Positions 60,903-64,000 of a stretch of 64,000 nt of DNA are shown in pieces (positions within the stretch are counted from its first letter, which is position 1; the number at the start of each line of letters is the position of its first letter). The notes beneath the pieces are model-generated. The model was given only the letters and a program-made list of their open reading frames with translations. It made no database searches and was not told the origin of the DNA. The position numbers were made by a program, and so were the translations under genes. Source of the stretch: a virus; the IMG/VR virus record IMGVR_UViG_3300037575_000021, positions 31,314-95,313 of that record; one strand, 5' to 3'.

Positions 60903-63900
60903 TTAAGCGTAAGCTGTAACGTTACGAACCATAATGTCACCAGCCGCATCTGGCTCGATCCTCATAGTTCCACCGAATGGGTTGATATCTTCAGGCAATG
61001 TTGCTGTGAACATTTGAGCATCATCAGCCATGATAGTTAATGATGTCCCTACAGCGATAACCTCATAAGTTCTCCATGGCTCGTTACCACCAGTGTCACC
61101 ACTTGTGTTACCAAAACCTGAAAGACCGCCTAAGTTGTGTGTAGTTCCTGCTCTATCAACGTATTCCACCCAACCGTTACTGCCAGTTCGTGGGTAACAG
61201 TACATTCTGATCACACCAACACCGCCACCTGTACCATCACAACCGATACGGATACGTGGGTAAGCTGCATAGTCGTTAGCTTGATCCATAACCTTAAGAT
61301 CGAACTTAACCGATCCCTTGGTAGCACTTGTCCACCAGTCAGCTACGCCAATAACAGTTCCATTTAGAGTTGCCTCATTACCAGCAACCGTCATAGATCC
61401 AGACCAGTTAGATGTATCTGTAAAGGTATCAGTGAATACAGGGCTACCTACTAGGTAAGTCACTGAGTTAGAGGTTCCAACGTTGTTTTGTGGATCCGTT
61501 GCACTTACTGTCAAGCTTCTGTTACCATTAGCCAGCCCTTGGGCTGTTAGGTCGATAGATGTCACACTCCCTGAGAAGGTTGCACCTATAGGGCTTCCAC
61601 TATCTAGCAATTGAAGTGTTAGATCGCCATTAGCGTAGATGTTATCTGAAACAGTGATGTTCAAAGTATCTGTAGCCAAAGCAACACTGATTGTTGGAGC
61701 TGTTGAATCAAGAGGTGTCACCGTTAGGGTTGCACCATTAGAGGCTTGATCACCAACATCGTTAGTGGCCACAATAGTGTACACTGCTCCGTTGTCTGCT
61801 GTAGCCGCCGCAAAGGTGTATGAGAGGCCTGTGGCACCAACTATATCAACACCATCCTTCTTCCATTGCAAGCTGTTGTAGCCCTGTATGGAAGCTGTGA
61901 AGGTCACCTGATCACCATCGATAACACTGGCACTCACAGGGTGAGTATCAATCTGAGGAAGAACAGTAGGAACTCCATTAGGTCTGATGTAAACTGGGTA
62001 ACTTAAACTACTCTCACCAGTAACACTATCAGTTGCTGTCACAGCAAACCAGTGGTCAAATCCATTGATTAAACCTGTGATTGTAAGCTCAGTGGTTCCA
62101 GCTGCTACAGCTCGACCATTGATCATGTTGCCATTGGTTGGATTGTAGTCGTATACTGTGTAACCAGTGATGTTAGCTTGGTGATTATCTGCAGGTAATT
62201 CCCAACGGATTGTAGCCTGAGCGTCACCATTGATACCAACAAGACCCATAGGAGGTACTGTATTACCCATGTAGCCCCAAACGTAAGACGTTAGGGTCTC
62301 ACCAGCGGCACAGAATCCACGGTTCCCTAGAAGCGTTCCATCTACGCCTGCTACACGGTTAAGGTAATCACTACCGCTGTACTCAGGGCCAGTCCAAGAG
62401 TAAGTAGACATCATCTCTTGCATGTAAGACTGGAATGGGAAATCCCACATAGGGATGTTAGTCTCTTGATCGTAGCCTGCATCACCCCAGAACGTTCCTG
62501 ACTTACCTTTCAGTGTCATAACCTCTGCAGCGTGTGTATCAGCTAACTCATGAGTTGGTTCAAAACGAGGAACGTATTTGAATCCAGCTGTAATGCCAAC
62601 GTTTGTAGTTCCAGCTTCATGCTGATCACCGTAGCCTGTTTTAATCAGGTTGAAGGCACCTACGTTAGTTAGGTTGTTATTAAGCATACCATACTTAGTA
62701 ACGGTACGACTTGTGCCACCATCATAAGGAATAGGTGAGTCACCGACTGTGATGTTAGTTACACCATTAGGAACGCTTGTGTTAACCGGGTCAGTATCAT
62801 CCCAGATACAGCTAACTAATCCACGGAAGTTGTTATAACCACCTGCATGGATCAACGTATCATCTGTTATGTGTTGAGGCCTAATCTTAGAGAAAGTACA
62901 TTTCTGGAATAGGTTGAATCCCCAAGTGTAAAGATAGATGTTGTGAGGTCTTGCATCGTAACTTACTAGATCGTAAGCCTCTACGTCTGCAGCACCACCA
63001 CCGCTGTTAACTTGGTAATCGAACTGGGCTACCAATTGCTCACTGTTAAGGTGTAGGCATCTTTCAACAAAACCACGAGAACCCTCAGGTGTTACACTCG
63101 TAGATGTTACAGGTGTTCCAAAAGCACCAGCTTTATAACCACTACTCACGAATCTATCAACATCATCAATAGCAATACAGTTATCCATACGGAAGTCCAT
63201 AGTGTTATACATGGTGTGAGATCCTTTAGGATCATTAGCAGGCTTTCTGTCAGACCTATCGTAACGTGCTAGGTTTCTACGGAAGATACATTTAGTCGAT
63301 TCGTTGATAGAGATCTTGTAACGACCACCACCATAAGCGAAACAATTCTCAAAGACCATGTAGTCACAAATTCTAGCGTATAGTGGGATATCATCCTCAC
63401 CAACACCACCACAGTTTATAACCTTAATGTGGTGAGGTCTTGTAGTTAGCTTATCGTTTGGATCACCGTTGATAGCCAGTGTACTTCCACCTTGGAAGAA
63501 TAGACCTTTGAATGTGATGTAAGAGGCTTCGTTCTTACCTCCACTCCACAAGTTAAATGCAACACCTGCAGTACCACCATCAAAGATAGCCTTGGTAGGG
63601 TTCTCAGCCATAACACAAGTTAGTTTAGCTGCATTACCTGACTTAGGGTATTTATCTAGTGTAGTCTCGTTGTTACGACCTATACGGTTATTACCATCGA
63701 GATAGGTGCCATCGCGGAAAACGATAGTGTCCCCAGCTTTGTGAGCTGCCTCAGCATCAACCCAAGTAGTATAAGTTTCCAGTGGCCCAACATATAGGAT
63801 ATCTCCTTGAACTTTACCAACGTGAACAAGGAAAGTCTTACGACCAACCCCGTTAGTATTACTACAACGTAGGCCTACGTGGAATGACTCACCAGCTAAA

Positions 63901-64000
63901 CCAGTTGTATCCCAAGTAACAGCACCAGTTGTTGGATTGACCTGAACATCATCGTGCCCGAAGTCTTTGTACCATCTAACAGATCCAGCTGCAGTTGGGT
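60903..64000 (-). CDS. Tailspike/depolymerase-like protein (beta-helix, FN3 and Ig-like domains), 5' end outside the window
   Basis: Frame stays open from 63611 to 64000 and includes AGDTIVFRDGTY; FN3 (W..P..Y..Y..GL) and Ig (QWKKDG) motifs. Confidence 0.65.
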   Translation of the reverse strand, partial: PTAAGSVRWYKDFGHDDVQVNPTTGAVTWDTTGLAGESFHVGLRCSNTNGVGRKTFLVHVGKVQGDILYVGPLETYTTWVDAEAAHKAGDTIVFRDGTYLDGNNRIGRNNETTLDKYPKSGNAAKLTCVMAENPTKAIFDGGTAGVAFNLWSGGKNEASYITFKGLFFQGGSTLAINGDPNDKLTTRPHHIKVINCGGVGEDDIPLYARICDYMVFENCFAYGGGRYKISINESTKCIFRRNLARYDRSDRKPANDPKGSHTMYNTMDFRMDNCIAIDDVDRFVSSGYKAGAFGTPVTSTSVTPEGSRGFVERCLHLNSEQLVAQFDYQVNSGGGAADVEAYDLVSYDARPHNIYLYTWGFNLFQKCTFSKIRPQHITDDTLIHAGGYNNFRGLVSCIWDDTDPVNTSVPNGVTNITVGDSPIPYDGGTSRTVTKYGMLNNNLTNVGAFNLIKTGYGDQHEAGTTNVGITAGFKYVPRFEPTHELADTHAAEVMTLKGKSGTFWGDAGYDQETNIPMWDFPFQSYMQEMMSTYSWTGPEYSGSDYLNRVAGVDGTLLGNRGFCAAGETLTSYVWGYMGNTVPPMGLVGINGDAQATIRWELPADNHQANITGYTVYDYNPTNGNMINGRAVAAGTTELTITGLINGFDHWFAVTATDSVTGESSLSYPVYIRPNGVPTVLPQIDTHPVSASVIDGDQVTFTASIQGYNSLQWKKDGVDIVGATGLSYTFAAATADNGAVYTIVATNDVGDQASNGATLTVTPLDSTAPTISVALATDTLNITVSDNIYANGDLTLQLLDSGSPIGATFSGSVTSIDLTAQGLANGNRSLTVSATDPQNNVGTSNSVTYLVGSPVFTDTFTDTSNWSGSMTVAGNEATLNGTVIGVADWWTSATKGSVKFDLKVMDQANDYAAYPRIRIGCDGTGGGVGVIRMYCYPRTGSNGWVEYVDRAGTTHNLGGLSGFGNTSGDTGGNEPWRTYEVIAVGTSLTIMADDAQMFTATLPEDINPFGGTMRIEPDAAGDIMVRNVTAYA

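Overview
64 kb of a large lytic tailed-phage genome, most likely infecting a Gammaproteobacterium (inferred from consensus sigma70 promoters, Fur-like boxes and a T7-like replisome). Layout: (1) 1-3.9 kb, minus strand: a tRNA cluster interrupted by a DUF2828/vWA (TROVE/Ro60-like) gene and four short structured RNAs. (2) 4.6-22.8 kb, plus strand: metabolic and accessory genes (macrodomain, class Ia RNR, PRS-like plus NAMPT-like pair, ACP, HD hydrolase). (3) 22.8-24.2 kb: a non-coding convergence zone with a dif-like site, Fur-like boxes and 12-bp repeats. (4) 24-40 kb, minus strand: early-type small genes with many strong promoters, ComEA, a DenV-like glycosylase, ligase and a transglycosylase-like protein. 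(5) 40-56.5 kb, plus strand: replication genes (primase-helicase split by a group I intron with an HNH endonuclease, PolA, SSB, exonuclease, resolvase, dUTPase, RNase H). (6) 56.5-64 kb, minus strand: lysis and virion-appendage genes. The best candidate for an undescribed system is an array of four Y-RNA-like ncRNAs directly upstream of the Ro60/TROVE-like DUF2828 gene. All four share a terminal stem plus a CAGCAA motif but carry different payloads: two circularly permuted tRNA bodies, a tRNA-Lys(UUU) anticodon arm, and a plain hairpin. All assignments come from reading motifs by eye; no database searches were run.
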